A DNA stretch of 53,371 nt from an uncultured Pseudomonadales bacterium (GTDB lineage: Bacteria > Patescibacteriota > Microgenomatia > UBA1400 > UBA12108): NCBI GenBank assembly GCA_964655755.1, contig CAZZNJ010000002.1, positions 1 to 53,371 on the forward strand, written 5' to 3'. Both the position numbers and the translations under genes were made by a program. Shown in pieces: positions 8,194-17,300 of the stretch (position 1 is its first letter; every line of letters begins with the position of its first letter). The notes below the pieces were generated by a model. The model was not told the origin of the DNA, searched no databases, and saw only the letters and a list, made by a program, of their open reading frames with translations.

Positions 8194-8862
8194 ATGATAA
8201 AACCCAAAAAACTAACCTGTGTCTTTGCTCATCCCGACGACGAAGCTTTTGGTCCTGGTGGCGCCATCATCCACTATGCCAAACACTGCGAAGTACATAT
8301 CATTTGTGTGACCGATGGGGGAGCAGGCCGAAGCAGCGACCCAACATCGGCTAACAAATTGTCTATGGTCCGTAAACGCGAGATGAAAGAGTCTGCCAAA
8401 ATCTTGGGGGTCAAAAGCGTTACATTCCTCGATTATCCCGACGGTGAGTTGTGCAATAGCAATTATCACGCCGTCGCCAAATCTATCCAAATCGAACTCG
8501 ACCGACTAAAACCTGACACCTTGCTTACCTTTAACCTCGATGGGGTCTCAGGTCACCTAGACCACGTCGCTGTGGCGATGATTACTTCTTATTTATTCGA
8601 AAAACTCTCCTATGCCAAAAACCTCCTTTACTTCTGTGAAAAGAGAGAGATCAAGGATATACTAAAAGATAGTTACTTTGTCTATTTTCCACCGGGATAC
8701 ACAGCGGGAGAAGTAGATTTTGTTCTCGATGTTTCTCCCTACCACGAGCAACAGGTTAGGGCTATGCAAAAGCATGTCTCGCAAAAAGAAGATTGCAACT
8801 GGATCCTCCGTGAGTTTGGACCCTATCTCAATACTGAATACTTTAGAATATTAAAAAAATAA
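8194..8862 (+). CDS. PIG-L/LmbE family deacetylase
   Basis: AHPDDEAFGPGG motif and GHLDH. The ORF track starts at a TTG at 8182; the ATG at 8194 is preferred. Confidence 0.85.
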   Translation: MIKPKKLTCVFAHPDDEAFGPGGAIIHYAKHCEVHIICVTDGGAGRSSDPTSANKLSMVRKREMKESAKILGVKSVTFLDYPDGELCNSNYHAVAKSIQIELDRLKPDTLLTFNLDGVSGHLDHVAVAMITSYLFEKLSYAKNLLYFCEKREIKDILKDSYFVYFPPGYTAGEVDFVLDVSPYHEQQVRAMQKHVSQKEDCNWILREFGPYLNTEYFRILKK

Positions 8863-8886
8863 CCCACGCGCTATTATAATCTAGGT

Positions 8887-9312
8887 ATGAAAATTGTTAT
8901 CGCAACCGACGAGCTAACACCACTAAACTCCTTTGTCGTTGACTACCTCAAGTCCCTCGGTCATGAGGTACTACTCCAGGGTGACCTCCTCGCGCCAAAT
9001 GGCAAATGGGCAGATATTAGCCTCACCCTCGGCGAGACTGTTGCGGGGGGCGGAGCTGACCTGGGTGTTCTTTTTTGCTGGAGTGGGACCGGTGCCTGCA
9101 TGGCTGCTAACAAGATAAAGGGGGTCCGTGCCGCCCTCTGTGTTAGTCCCGAAATTGCCAAGATCGCCCGCAAATGGAATGATGCCAACGTGCTAGTGAT
9201 GGGCAATGTTAATACAACCAACGAATCAGCCAAAGCAATTATTGATGCCTGGTTAAGTACCGACTTTGACGAAGAGGGTCTGGGCCAAGCCCATACGCTC
9301 GACCAGCTTTAA
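8887..9312 (+). CDS. rpiB: Ribose-5-phosphate isomerase B (RpiB/LacA/LacB family)
   Basis: 141 aa. GVLFCWSGTGACMAANKIKGVRAAL is typical of RpiB. Confidence 0.85.
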   Translation: MKIVIATDELTPLNSFVVDYLKSLGHEVLLQGDLLAPNGKWADISLTLGETVAGGGADLGVLFCWSGTGACMAANKIKGVRAALCVSPEIAKIARKWNDANVLVMGNVNTTNESAKAIIDAWLSTDFDEEGLGQAHTLDQL

Positions 9313-9347
9313 AAAAAGCATCCCGCCTAAGCGGGATGCTAATTTTT
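9311..9347. terminator. Bidirectional rho-independent terminator between convergent rpiB and the RRM gene
   Basis: A7 run, then GCATCCCGC-ctaa-GCGGGATGC (9318-9339), then TAATTTTT. Confidence 0.8.
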
Positions 9348-9366
9348 GTCCTAATACTCTTAGTTA

Positions 9367-9738
9367 TTAGTAACTGCGTGAGCCGTAGCCACCGCGGTTG
9401 TTGTCACGGGAGTATCCACCTCGTGAACCACCACCAAAACCACCACGTGAGCCGCCTCCAAACCCGCCACGACTAGAATTGTCGCGAGGTTCCATGGGGC
9501 GAGCTTCGTTGACGACGATCGCGCGACCGTCTAGGTCTTTGCCGTTTAGTTCGGCGACTGCTTTTTGAGCTTCTTCGTCAGAACTCATTTCCACAAAGCC
9601 GAAGCCCTTGGAACGACCAGTTGCGCGGTCGGTGATGACCTTGGCACTGGTAACAGTACCTACTTGGGAGAAAAATGCTGATAATGAATCGTCCGTCGTC
9701 GCCCAAGCGAGACTGCCGACAAATAGTCTGGTTGCCAT
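9367..9738 (-). CDS. RRM-type RNA-binding protein with a Gly/Arg-rich tail
   Basis: RNP2 LFVGSL, RNP1 KGFGFVEM, C-terminal (GGFGGGSR) repeats. GGAGG lies 8 nt upstream of the ATG at 9738. Confidence 0.9.
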   Translation of the reverse strand: MATRLFVGSLAWATTDDSLSAFFSQVGTVTSAKVITDRATGRSKGFGFVEMSSDEEAQKAVAELNGKDLDGRAIVVNEARPMEPRDNSSRGGFGGGSRGGFGGGSRGGYSRDNNRGGYGSRSY

Positions 9739-9931
9739 GTATGGCACCTCCATAAAATAGCGTGCCAAAACTTTACTACCAAACTATTCTAGAGAAACTC
9801 ACGAAAGTAGGGAAAAGCCTGCGCACATATATAACTAAATGACATTATAGCACACAATTGGCTTTTCCTTGTCAAATGGCGTATTTTTAGCCTACAATAA
9901 CCTAGAATCACGCTATAAGGAGGAATAAGTT

Positions 9932-10237
9932 ATGAAAGGTTTTCTAAATTTTGTTCGCGCACAGGGTGTAGTGGGCCTCGCGGTGGGCTTTCTCCTGGGT
10001 GGGGCAGTCTCCAAACTAGTTTCTTCCCTCATTAGTGACATCATAAACCCCCTGCTCGGCATTATCCTCGGAGCAGCCGGCAACCTCAAAGATGCCAGTT
10101 GGAGTATTGGCGGCGCTACCTTCATGTGGGGTAATTTAATCTCATCCATGATCGACTTTATAATCATCGCTGCGATTGTCTATTACGGCGTCCACGGTCT
10201 CGGTCTCGACAAAATTGATAAGAAAAAGAAAAAGTAA
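9932..10237 (+). CDS. mscL: Large-conductance mechanosensitive channel
   Basis: MKGFLNFVRAQGVVGLAVGFLLGGA... Two TM segments, Lys-rich tail, strong SD. Confidence 0.9.
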   Translation: MKGFLNFVRAQGVVGLAVGFLLGGAVSKLVSSLISDIINPLLGIILGAAGNLKDASWSIGGATFMWGNLISSMIDFIIIAAIVYYGVHGLGLDKIDKKKKK

Positions 10238-10238
10238 A

Positions 10239-10760
10239 ATGCCAGACATTACTTACCACTTAGCGACTGCCGAGGAAATTCCCGAATTTCACCCGCTTTT
10301 CTCTACCACTCTCCACGAACTCTTTAGCGAATACTCCAAAGAAACTCAGACTTACTTTGTAACCAAGGACTATGATGAGAAGTGGATGACAAAGTCGATC
10401 AAAGATCTATCCAAGTTTCTCTATCTTGCCAAAGACAAAGGGCGTACTGTTGGATATATCTTCTTCAACAAAATCTATGGTGGTGTCACCATGGCCAGCT
10501 GGATCGCCGTTATCCCTGAATATCAAAATCACGGGATCGCCAAAAAACTTCTCTCGCTCTGGGAGGACTGGGCAAACTCCAAGGGTGCGCACGCGCTCCA
10601 ACTCTGGACTAAAGACAAAAATGTCCCCTACTACCAAAAAAGAGGGTTTGTCCACGCCGGCAAATTTCCTCACGCTTGGTTTGGGTTGACCACGAACCTG
10701 CTATATAAAACTCTCAAAGTAGTAGACCCAAAATCCTACAATCCTCTAAATCTTTCGTGA
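10239..10760 (+). CDS. GNAT family N-acetyltransferase
   Basis: YQNHGIAKKLL acetyl-CoA-binding motif. The ATG at 10239 lies just after the mscL stop. Confidence 0.8.
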   Translation: MPDITYHLATAEEIPEFHPLFSTTLHELFSEYSKETQTYFVTKDYDEKWMTKSIKDLSKFLYLAKDKGRTVGYIFFNKIYGGVTMASWIAVIPEYQNHGIAKKLLSLWEDWANSKGAHALQLWTKDKNVPYYQKRGFVHAGKFPHAWFGLTTNLLYKTLKVVDPKSYNPLNLS

Positions 10761-11252
10761 ATCGTACGCCCAGTGTAGCAGGGCCTGTCTCTGCACGGGG
10801 CGGCACGAATAATCTCCCACCCGACAGTTTTTTACTACCTGCGCCACATGTCGTTTTATCATTTTCCATCGCCTGATCTGTCGGGCATCCTCTACTGGGA
10901 TTCTCCTACCCAAATAGTAGCGACAATACCACTGAAACCACCCGCGCGGATCCTCGCGGTATATCCATCCCTTGGCCCGCCAGATGGAGAGCGGCTGACT
11001 GGCATTAACGCCAAAAAAGTTAAGTGAGGGATCATGCTTTTCGTGACATAGTTTGGCGTTGGTAAACCAGTCCTCAGGGAATTCTTCTTTACAATCCGTC
11101 ATGTATTTGCCCCCAAATACTCCGAGCGAAAGCATTTCTTTTGGCGTTAGTTCTGGGGCAAATCCGTCATCAAAATCTTCGCCCACAGGAGCCACTAGCT
11201 CATACCTATAACCCTGCTGCATGAGATCGTTTACCACAACTACTCGCCCCAT
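10746..11252 (-). CDS. Conserved hypothetical protein
   Basis: 168-aa ORF with Trp/Arg-rich motifs (GWFQWYCRYYLGRR). I cannot name the family. Confidence 0.7.
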   Translation of the reverse strand: MGRVVVVNDLMQQGYRYELVAPVGEDFDDGFAPELTPKEMLSLGVFGGKYMTDCKEEFPEDWFTNAKLCHEKHDPSLNFFGVNASQPLSIWRAKGWIYREDPRGWFQWYCRYYLGRRIPVEDARQIRRWKMIKRHVAQVVKNCRVGDYSCRPVQRQALLHWAYDSRKI

Positions 11253-11362
11253 ACTATAATAGTATCCTATGGCCGAAGAAATGGTTATTCACACAGTCGC
11301 GCCCTCGCTTTTGCAGAAGAATACTGGGAAGAGGAGTGGGACCACCTGCTAAAATAGCGCCT

Positions 11363-12010
11363 ATGCAACACTTGATCCTCGCCGCCAGCTCTGATCATTC
11401 TCAAGAAATAGCCAACAGTATCTATCATCGATTAGGATTAAAAAATCCCAAGACTGCGTTTATTACTACGCCTGTCGAAGCCGAAGCACTGATAGGTATG
11501 AAAACCTGGGAAGGAGAAGATAGGGATGCACTTACTAAGGCAGGTTTTAGAATATTTGATTACACCATTACTGGTAAAAATCGAGACCAAATATTTGCCG
11601 ACCTCTCAGGTTGTGAAGTAATTCATATTACCGGTGGCAACGAGCTATATTTTCGTGCAAAATGCGACGAATCTGGTTTTGAAGAGTTTGTAAAAGACCA
11701 TGTGGCTCAGGGCAAACCGTACATCGGTAGTAGTTGTGGCGCGATCATGGCCACTCAAGATATCAGTCCCACCCAAATGCTTAATGACAAATCTCTCCTC
11801 AAAGAACCCATTAACACCAGAGGCTTTGGTTTTGTTAACTACTCAATTTTGCCTCATTGGGGTCTACAAGATTTTGAAAAAGAGTATATAGTCGACAGTT
11901 TTGAACTACTTTATCAACCGACCCGTCCCTTAATCGCCCTCAATAACTATCAATACATCGAAGTCATCGGGGATCAATCTACCATTGTCGACGTGAGGAA
12001 AGAAAAATGA
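11363..12010 (+). CDS. Peptidase S51 (dipeptidase E-like), paralog 1
   Basis: ITGGNELYF, GSSCGAIMA and LPHWG (Ser/His elements). TAAAAT lies 7 nt upstream of the ATG at 11363. Confidence 0.8.
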   Translation: MQHLILAASSDHSQEIANSIYHRLGLKNPKTAFITTPVEAEALIGMKTWEGEDRDALTKAGFRIFDYTITGKNRDQIFADLSGCEVIHITGGNELYFRAKCDESGFEEFVKDHVAQGKPYIGSSCGAIMATQDISPTQMLNDKSLLKEPINTRGFGFVNYSILPHWGLQDFEKEYIVDSFELLYQPTRPLIALNNYQYIEVIGDQSTIVDVRKEK

Positions 12011-12642
12011 TCCAAGCTTATCTCGCCTCTCAATTTTATGTCGTGGGTGACAGTATTGGGTCCAAAATATCAGCGGACAAAAAAGACAAAACCGTCTTTA
12101 TCACTACTCCGATCAAATACAAAGTCTTCAAAGAATCGGAGCTTGTATGGCACTACAAAAACAGGGAGACGTTAAAAAGAAATGGTTTTATCACCGAGGA
12201 TTACGATATTACCGGCAAGAGTGAGCAGGACCTAGTTAGGGATTTGGCCAAATACAAGGTCATGTATGTCGAGGGAGGCAATCCCTTTTCCACTCTCAAA
12301 ATCGCCCAGACCAATAATTTTGCAGCGTATGTGCGCAGTAGGATCAAAGAGGGGATGATCTACGTCTCCGAGAGTGCAGGCTCAGTGTTGGCCGGCGCTG
12401 ACATTGCCGCCAACTCGCGACCAGGAAAGAGCGCCAAAGAATACGGTCTAGCCGATACCAAGGGGATTGGCCTGATCAGTGCTGTCTTTATGCCACACTG
12501 GGGACAGGGGATCAAAAGAAAAGACTACGTAGAATCAAAGTATCCGCAAACTTATCACGAAGATTTTCCGTACATCTTCCTGCCGAACAACCAGTATTTA
12601 GAGGTCGAGAATGGTAGCTGGCGGATAGTTAGCGTGTCATAA
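12007..12642 (+). CDS. Peptidase S51 (dipeptidase E-like), paralog 2
   Basis: VEGGNPFSTL, SESAGSVLAG and MPHWGQ. ATGA overlap with paralog 1. Confidence 0.8.
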   Translation: MIQAYLASQFYVVGDSIGSKISADKKDKTVFITTPIKYKVFKESELVWHYKNRETLKRNGFITEDYDITGKSEQDLVRDLAKYKVMYVEGGNPFSTLKIAQTNNFAAYVRSRIKEGMIYVSESAGSVLAGADIAANSRPGKSAKEYGLADTKGIGLISAVFMPHWGQGIKRKDYVESKYPQTYHEDFPYIFLPNNQYLEVENGSWRIVSVS

Positions 12643-12649
12643 TTGGAGA

Positions 12650-13846
12650 ATGTCACGTAACCAAAAGTTGCTACTCACAATCCTCGGGCTATATGTAATA
12701 TTCGATTTTGTTCTCGGCGCACTTGTTGGGTTGTACCTCTGGGAAAGTAGTAAGAGCGCCACAATTATTTTGTCCTACTACATAACTCTTTTTTGTGGAA
12801 TTATGTTGGTGTCTCAATTTAACACTAAGCTTGTATCAAAAGTCGGGATCAAAAAATCATATATTCTCTCCATCATCCTTGGGATTATCCAATCATTAAT
12901 CTTGCTATTTTTCGGGAAGAATATTCAGCCTTACATCATTCCTTTTGGGGCTTTGGCAGGATTAAGTATCGGAATTCAGGCATTCTCCTACACACTAGTT
13001 GTCTCAAGAATAACCGAGAGGTCAGACCCCACTTACTTTCTCGGACTTAAGTCGGCCATTATGAACATAGTAAGTATATTGTCTGTTCCTATTCTGACGT
13101 ACTTAATCAAATTAACTGGCGGCTATGCGATGACATACCAGTTAGGGTTATTTGTTGGACTGGTCATAATGTATCTGATTTCTCGCCTTAGTATTGACGA
13201 AAATGGATCGGCTAGCACTATAGCCACACAACCCACTTCTTCTCTACTCGCTATAGATGAGGTACGCTACTACTTGTTAACGAGGTTAATTTATGGCATT
13301 TTTAATGGCCCTGTTTGGGCGGTCCTAGGTGTAGTTACTTATTTGTTTGTTGGCGACGTCTCTACTTGGGGGATCCTAACAACCATATTTACGGTAATAA
13401 ACATCATGGGGTCGTACTACTATGGCAAATTAAAAAATGAGCAGCTTTCTCAATTTATATCAGTTGTAGGAACATTTGTTTTTGGTACCCTAGCCATCAT
13501 TCTCGCCACCAACTGGACCATGGCCTCCTTTTTGGCTTATCAGGTAGGACTAGTGCTCCTCAACTCTAGTTTTTCAATCCACTACGAAGCCACAATCTAT
13601 AACATGACACGAAATAATGAAGATATTAGACAAAACTTAACAACAATTCTTTCCCTCGGAGAACTCGCTATTGGACTAGGTCGCATCATACCTCTCACCA
13701 TCCTAATTACCAATAACTTCACCTTCGATCACCCTCTGATGCTACAGATTCTATTTGTAGTTATCTCGACAGCGCCAATCCTAATACTTTCGACACTAGA
13801 CAAAATCATCCCCCACTCCCAGAGGTATGCTACAATAAATTCTTAA
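12650..13846 (+). CDS. MFS-type polytopic membrane transporter
   Basis: 398 aa with ~12 hydrophobic segments. SD GGAG upstream. Confidence 0.75.
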   Translation: MSRNQKLLLTILGLYVIFDFVLGALVGLYLWESSKSATIILSYYITLFCGIMLVSQFNTKLVSKVGIKKSYILSIILGIIQSLILLFFGKNIQPYIIPFGALAGLSIGIQAFSYTLVVSRITERSDPTYFLGLKSAIMNIVSILSVPILTYLIKLTGGYAMTYQLGLFVGLVIMYLISRLSIDENGSASTIATQPTSSLLAIDEVRYYLLTRLIYGIFNGPVWAVLGVVTYLFVGDVSTWGILTTIFTVINIMGSYYYGKLKNEQLSQFISVVGTFVFGTLAIILATNWTMASFLAYQVGLVLLNSSFSIHYEATIYNMTRNNEDIRQNLTTILSLGELAIGLGRIIPLTILITNNFTFDHPLMLQILFVVISTAPILILSTLDKIIPHSQRYATINS

Positions 13847-13847
13847 T

Positions 13848-14321
13848 ATGGCAATTATTCTCGAAGTATTCTTAACAAAAATAGTTGAAGAAAACATTTT
13901 CTACAAAAGAATCGAGCTCGATATTACCCAAAAAAGCGACAACCCTGACGATTTAGTAATCTTACTTGTCCAAAAATATAATTCTACTCTCATTGAAAAG
14001 AATAAAATCATTAGTCACTCTACTAGCTGGAGACACCAAGAAGGATCTACTGTCATCACCTACATAGTATATTCAGACGAATTTGATTTTCAAGGTAGCG
14101 ATGTTGGTTTGTTGCCCCTGAGTGAGATTAACATTATCCATTCAGGTGACCCCGCACGCCCTGCCCCCAAAGACGTCCCAATAGAGAGCGTAATCTCTCA
14201 CGGCATTAGGCATCTGGCTTTCTTGGTCACCAATAATTCGTCAATTTATAACTCGACACTTAGTTCGAACACTCTATTAAGGTTCAAAGAGATAGATACT
14301 GCCTTAGCTGGCAAGATCTAG
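13848..14321 (+). CDS. Hypothetical protein
   Basis: 157-aa ORF tightly packed between neighbours (1-nt gaps). Confidence 0.65.
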   Translation: MAIILEVFLTKIVEENIFYKRIELDITQKSDNPDDLVILLVQKYNSTLIEKNKIISHSTSWRHQEGSTVITYIVYSDEFDFQGSDVGLLPLSEINIIHSGDPARPAPKDVPIESVISHGIRHLAFLVTNNSSIYNSTLSSNTLLRFKEIDTALAGKI

Positions 14322-14322
14322 T

Positions 14323-15261
14323 ATGGTTAAAGTTTTATCACCCGTTGCGACCACTGATATTCCAAGTAGTGTTCAAGATATTATATCTGCACGAGCACAG
14401 GCCAAATCAAAGAAGGATTTTGCGAGTGCTGATCAACTACGACTTGATGCCGAACAGCTAGGTTACGTCATCAACGATAAAGATGGTGGGATCCAGGAGA
14501 TTTTAAAGGTTGGAGATAGCGGCAAACCGCCGCTTAAGCACTATCTCATCCTTTTTGGTAGCGGGGAGATCGCCCCGTCTAGCGTCGATATCTACCGCTC
14601 TACCTTCCTCGCGCTCGCCAAACGCGACCTCACTATTTCACTCCTCACCACCCCCGCCGGTTTTCAACCAAACGTCCACGCTGTCTATACCGAGATCCGC
14701 GACTTTCTCCTCGCCGCTCTCCCTGACTTTAACTTGACTATTCACCTCGTCCCCATCAACACTCGTGCAGAAGCCGACAACGAGCAGTATCTCAGTCTTA
14801 TCCGCCGCAGTGATGTAATTTTTCTCGGACCCGGCTCACCCACTTATGCGGTTAAGGTTCTCGAAAACACGCTAGCATTGAACACTATAAAAGAGCAAGT
14901 GAAAAAAAGATCAACTTTAATCCTCGCATCTGCCGCTACCATTGCTTTTTCCCGTCACGCCCTCCCTGTCTATGAGATCTACAAAGTCGGCGAGGATCTG
15001 CATTGGAAAGCTGGGTTGGACCTCTATCACGAACTTTGGCAAGCAGTCACAGTTATTCCTCACTTTAACAACCGGGAGGGTGGGGTAGGACTAGATACCA
15101 GTTATTGCTATGTCGGCCAAAACCGCGCAACAAAGTTGCTCGCAAAATTGTCACCGAGTGAAAAAGTGATCGGTATCGACGAACACACAGCTCTCGTCGT
15201 AGATCTGGATACCAAGGAGATTGTCACCAAAGGGAAGGGTAGTATTCATGCGTTACAATAG
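14323..15261 (+). CDS. Fusion of a CysRS C-terminal-like helical segment with a class-I glutamine amidotransferase/S51-like domain (nucleophile apparently replaced)
   Basis: N-terminal ARAQAKSKKDFASADQLRLDAEQLGYVINDKDGG resembles the extreme C-terminus of cysteinyl-tRNA synthetases. The rest has FLGPGSPTY and LASAATIAF where S51 enzymes have GGN and GxSAG. Confidence 0.6.
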   Translation: MVKVLSPVATTDIPSSVQDIISARAQAKSKKDFASADQLRLDAEQLGYVINDKDGGIQEILKVGDSGKPPLKHYLILFGSGEIAPSSVDIYRSTFLALAKRDLTISLLTTPAGFQPNVHAVYTEIRDFLLAALPDFNLTIHLVPINTRAEADNEQYLSLIRRSDVIFLGPGSPTYAVKVLENTLALNTIKEQVKKRSTLILASAATIAFSRHALPVYEIYKVGEDLHWKAGLDLYHELWQAVTVIPHFNNREGGVGLDTSYCYVGQNRATKLLAKLSPSEKVIGIDEHTALVVDLDTKEIVTKGKGSIHALQ

Positions 15262-15265
15262 TGTC

Positions 15266-15709
15266 ATGACTAATCCCAAAATCCTCCAAAATGTACGTTT
15301 AATCCAAAAATGTCTTGTCATCAACCAGGAGGGCAAAATCTTAGCGCTCAAACGCAGTGCGGACGACCACTCTCGCGGTGGTAGCTGGGATTTGCCTGGC
15401 GGCGGGTACGAGGCTGGCGAAGAGGTGGTCGCCGCTATCAAGCGCGAAGTTCTCGAAGAATCTGGGCTAGTTGCTCACAACCCGCGCCCCATTCATGTAG
15501 CGAATCATCAAAATGTAAAAAAAGGGTTTTTTGCCGGACTCAACGTTTTTGGGATCTGTTACGTTTGCACCTCGTGGGCAGGGGAGGTGACTCTCTCTGC
15601 CGAACATACTGAGTACCAGTGGGTGACTCCCGCTGAATTTGCTCATTTATCATTCGGTGATGATAACAACTTTTTTGCCGAATCAATCTCACGCTACTTA
15701 GAACTATGA
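15266..15709 (+). CDS. NUDIX hydrolase
   Basis: Nudix box GGGYEAGEEVVAAIKREVLEESGL. Confidence 0.85.
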   Translation: MTNPKILQNVRLIQKCLVINQEGKILALKRSADDHSRGGSWDLPGGGYEAGEEVVAAIKREVLEESGLVAHNPRPIHVANHQNVKKGFFAGLNVFGICYVCTSWAGEVTLSAEHTEYQWVTPAEFAHLSFGDDNNFFAESISRYLEL

Positions 15710-16251
15710 AAGCATCTGACAAGACTTCTCAACATCTCGACTTTATCAAAAAGTTTCAAACAATGTCCCAGCTTCAGGGCTGGAGGGTTGTAGTTTATGG
15801 GGGTTATGGACTAGACCTAGCCCTCGGCCGCTTAACTCGTCCACACGGCGACATCGACCTAGTCATCTACGGTACTCATACGCGTCAACATGCCAAAAAG
15901 GTTCTCGAAAAATACCTTCGGGACATGGTAATCACCCAACTAAAATTCTCTGAAAATGATTTTCAGCTTGTGTGCGACGCAAAAAAGAGTGATTTAGTGC
16001 TCAACCTATACTATGTGCAAACCGCTGTTAACCCTCATTTAAACCTTCATCAAGTCATCAAAAAATCGGGGGAAGTGGCACACAATGACCCTGCACTTTT
16101 TCCCTTACCAAAAGAGGGGAGGCTAGGTGACCTGACTATCGAAGTGCAGGACCAGCAAGCTCATAAAAAAGAGATCATCGCCAAAGGTGTCACGTTATCT
16201 CAAAAACACCAACAAGATCTCGAAGTCATCTCCACCCTCTTGTCACCCTAG
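15706..16251 (+). CDS. Nucleotidyltransferase, aminoglycoside/lincosamide NTase-like (ANT(2'')/AadB-like fold)
   Basis: GGYGLDLALGRLTRPHGDIDLVIY (G-x-n-DxD polymerase-beta-type NTase motif). ATGA overlap with the NUDIX gene. Confidence 0.65.
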   Translation: MKASDKTSQHLDFIKKFQTMSQLQGWRVVVYGGYGLDLALGRLTRPHGDIDLVIYGTHTRQHAKKVLEKYLRDMVITQLKFSENDFQLVCDAKKSDLVLNLYYVQTAVNPHLNLHQVIKKSGEVAHNDPALFPLPKEGRLGDLTIEVQDQQAHKKEIIAKGVTLSQKHQQDLEVISTLLSP

Positions 16252-16279
16252 TTGACATATTCAAAAAATAGAATATGAT
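16252..16279 (+). promoter_or_regulatory. Copper-operon promoter with a candidate ArsR-type operator
   Basis: TTGACA (16252-16257). Inverted repeat ATATTC-N8-GAATAT (16257-16276). TATGAT (16274-16279) lies 6 nt before the ATG at 16286. Confidence 0.5.
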
Positions 16280-16285
16280 GAAGGT

Positions 16286-16729
16286 ATGAACACTGCATAC
16301 CTCACCAAAAACTCTCAGCTCCTCAGAGCCCTCGGCCACACCAAGCGTTTGGAGATTGTTTGCTTGTTACATGGTCACGAACTAACCGTCAATCAAATCG
16401 TCCAGATGACTGGCATGCGCCAAGCCGCGGTTAGTCAGCACTTAATGTATCTTAAGGATCGCAAACTAGTACAAGCCAAAAAACTAGGCAAGGAGCTCTA
16501 TTACACAGTAGTCGACAACACTCTGCTTAACCTCTCCGTCTTTCTCAACCACTTTACCACCGCCAGCCCCCTTGTCGCGCACGAGCCCCAGGTGATCGAC
16601 CCTGTCTGTCAGATGAAGCTCACTCCCTCGACTGCTCGCTGCACTCTCGAATATGCTGGGGTCCGGCACTATTTTTGTGGCAAAGGCTGTCTAAAATCGT
16701 TTAATCAACAGAAAAAACAACTTAAATAA
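16286..16729 (+). CDS. ArsR/SmtB family metalloregulator fused to a C-terminal YHS/TRASH metal-binding domain
   Basis: HTH LTVNQIVQMTGMRQAAVSQHLMYLKDRKLV. C-terminal DPVCQMKL...YFCGKGC. Confidence 0.85.
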   Translation: MNTAYLTKNSQLLRALGHTKRLEIVCLLHGHELTVNQIVQMTGMRQAAVSQHLMYLKDRKLVQAKKLGKELYYTVVDNTLLNLSVFLNHFTTASPLVAHEPQVIDPVCQMKLTPSTARCTLEYAGVRHYFCGKGCLKSFNQQKKQLK

Positions 16730-16736
16730 GGAGAAT

Positions 16737-17300
16737 ATGAAAACCATAATCACTTCACTGCTTTTCATTGTGATGGTTGCCCTTTTTGCCATCACCTCTG
16801 ACAAGCTATCCATGATTGAACAAAAAGAAATGATGCAACCCACCAACTCTGGTGAGGTGGCCCTGAGTGATCAAGAGTTTTTGAATGGGATGATCGAGCA
16901 TCATGAGGGAGCCATCGCGATGGCCAAAGAAGTCCTCAAAAAATCTAGCCGCCCTGAGCTAAAAACCTTTGCTCAAAACATTATCACAGCTCAAACCTCT
17001 GAGATAGATCAAATGTACTCCTGGCGTAAAAGTTGGTTTAATGACAGCTCTCACGTCGAGATGAGGATGGGGATGGATATGCCAAGTATGGCCATAGATC
17101 TAGGGAAAGCAGATGCCGAGTTTGATAAAAGGTTCTTACAGGCTATGATCGAGCATCACCAAGGAGCCATAAAAATGGCAAAGCAAGTTTTATTGCCCAC
17201 AGACCGCGCCGAGATCCACGACCTTGCCAAAAACATTATTACGACCCAGGAAGAAGAAATTCTTATGATGCAACAATATATAAAGGAGTGGTATGAATAA
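16737..17300 (+). CDS. DUF305 family (four-helix, copper-associated) secreted protein
   Basis: N-terminal TM/signal sequence. Duplicated EHH(E/Q)GAI(A/K)MAK motif. Confidence 0.8.
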   Translation: MKTIITSLLFIVMVALFAITSDKLSMIEQKEMMQPTNSGEVALSDQEFLNGMIEHHEGAIAMAKEVLKKSSRPELKTFAQNIITAQTSEIDQMYSWRKSWFNDSSHVEMRMGMDMPSMAIDLGKADAEFDKRFLQAMIEHHQGAIKMAKQVLLPTDRAEIHDLAKNIITTQEEEILMMQQYIKEWYE

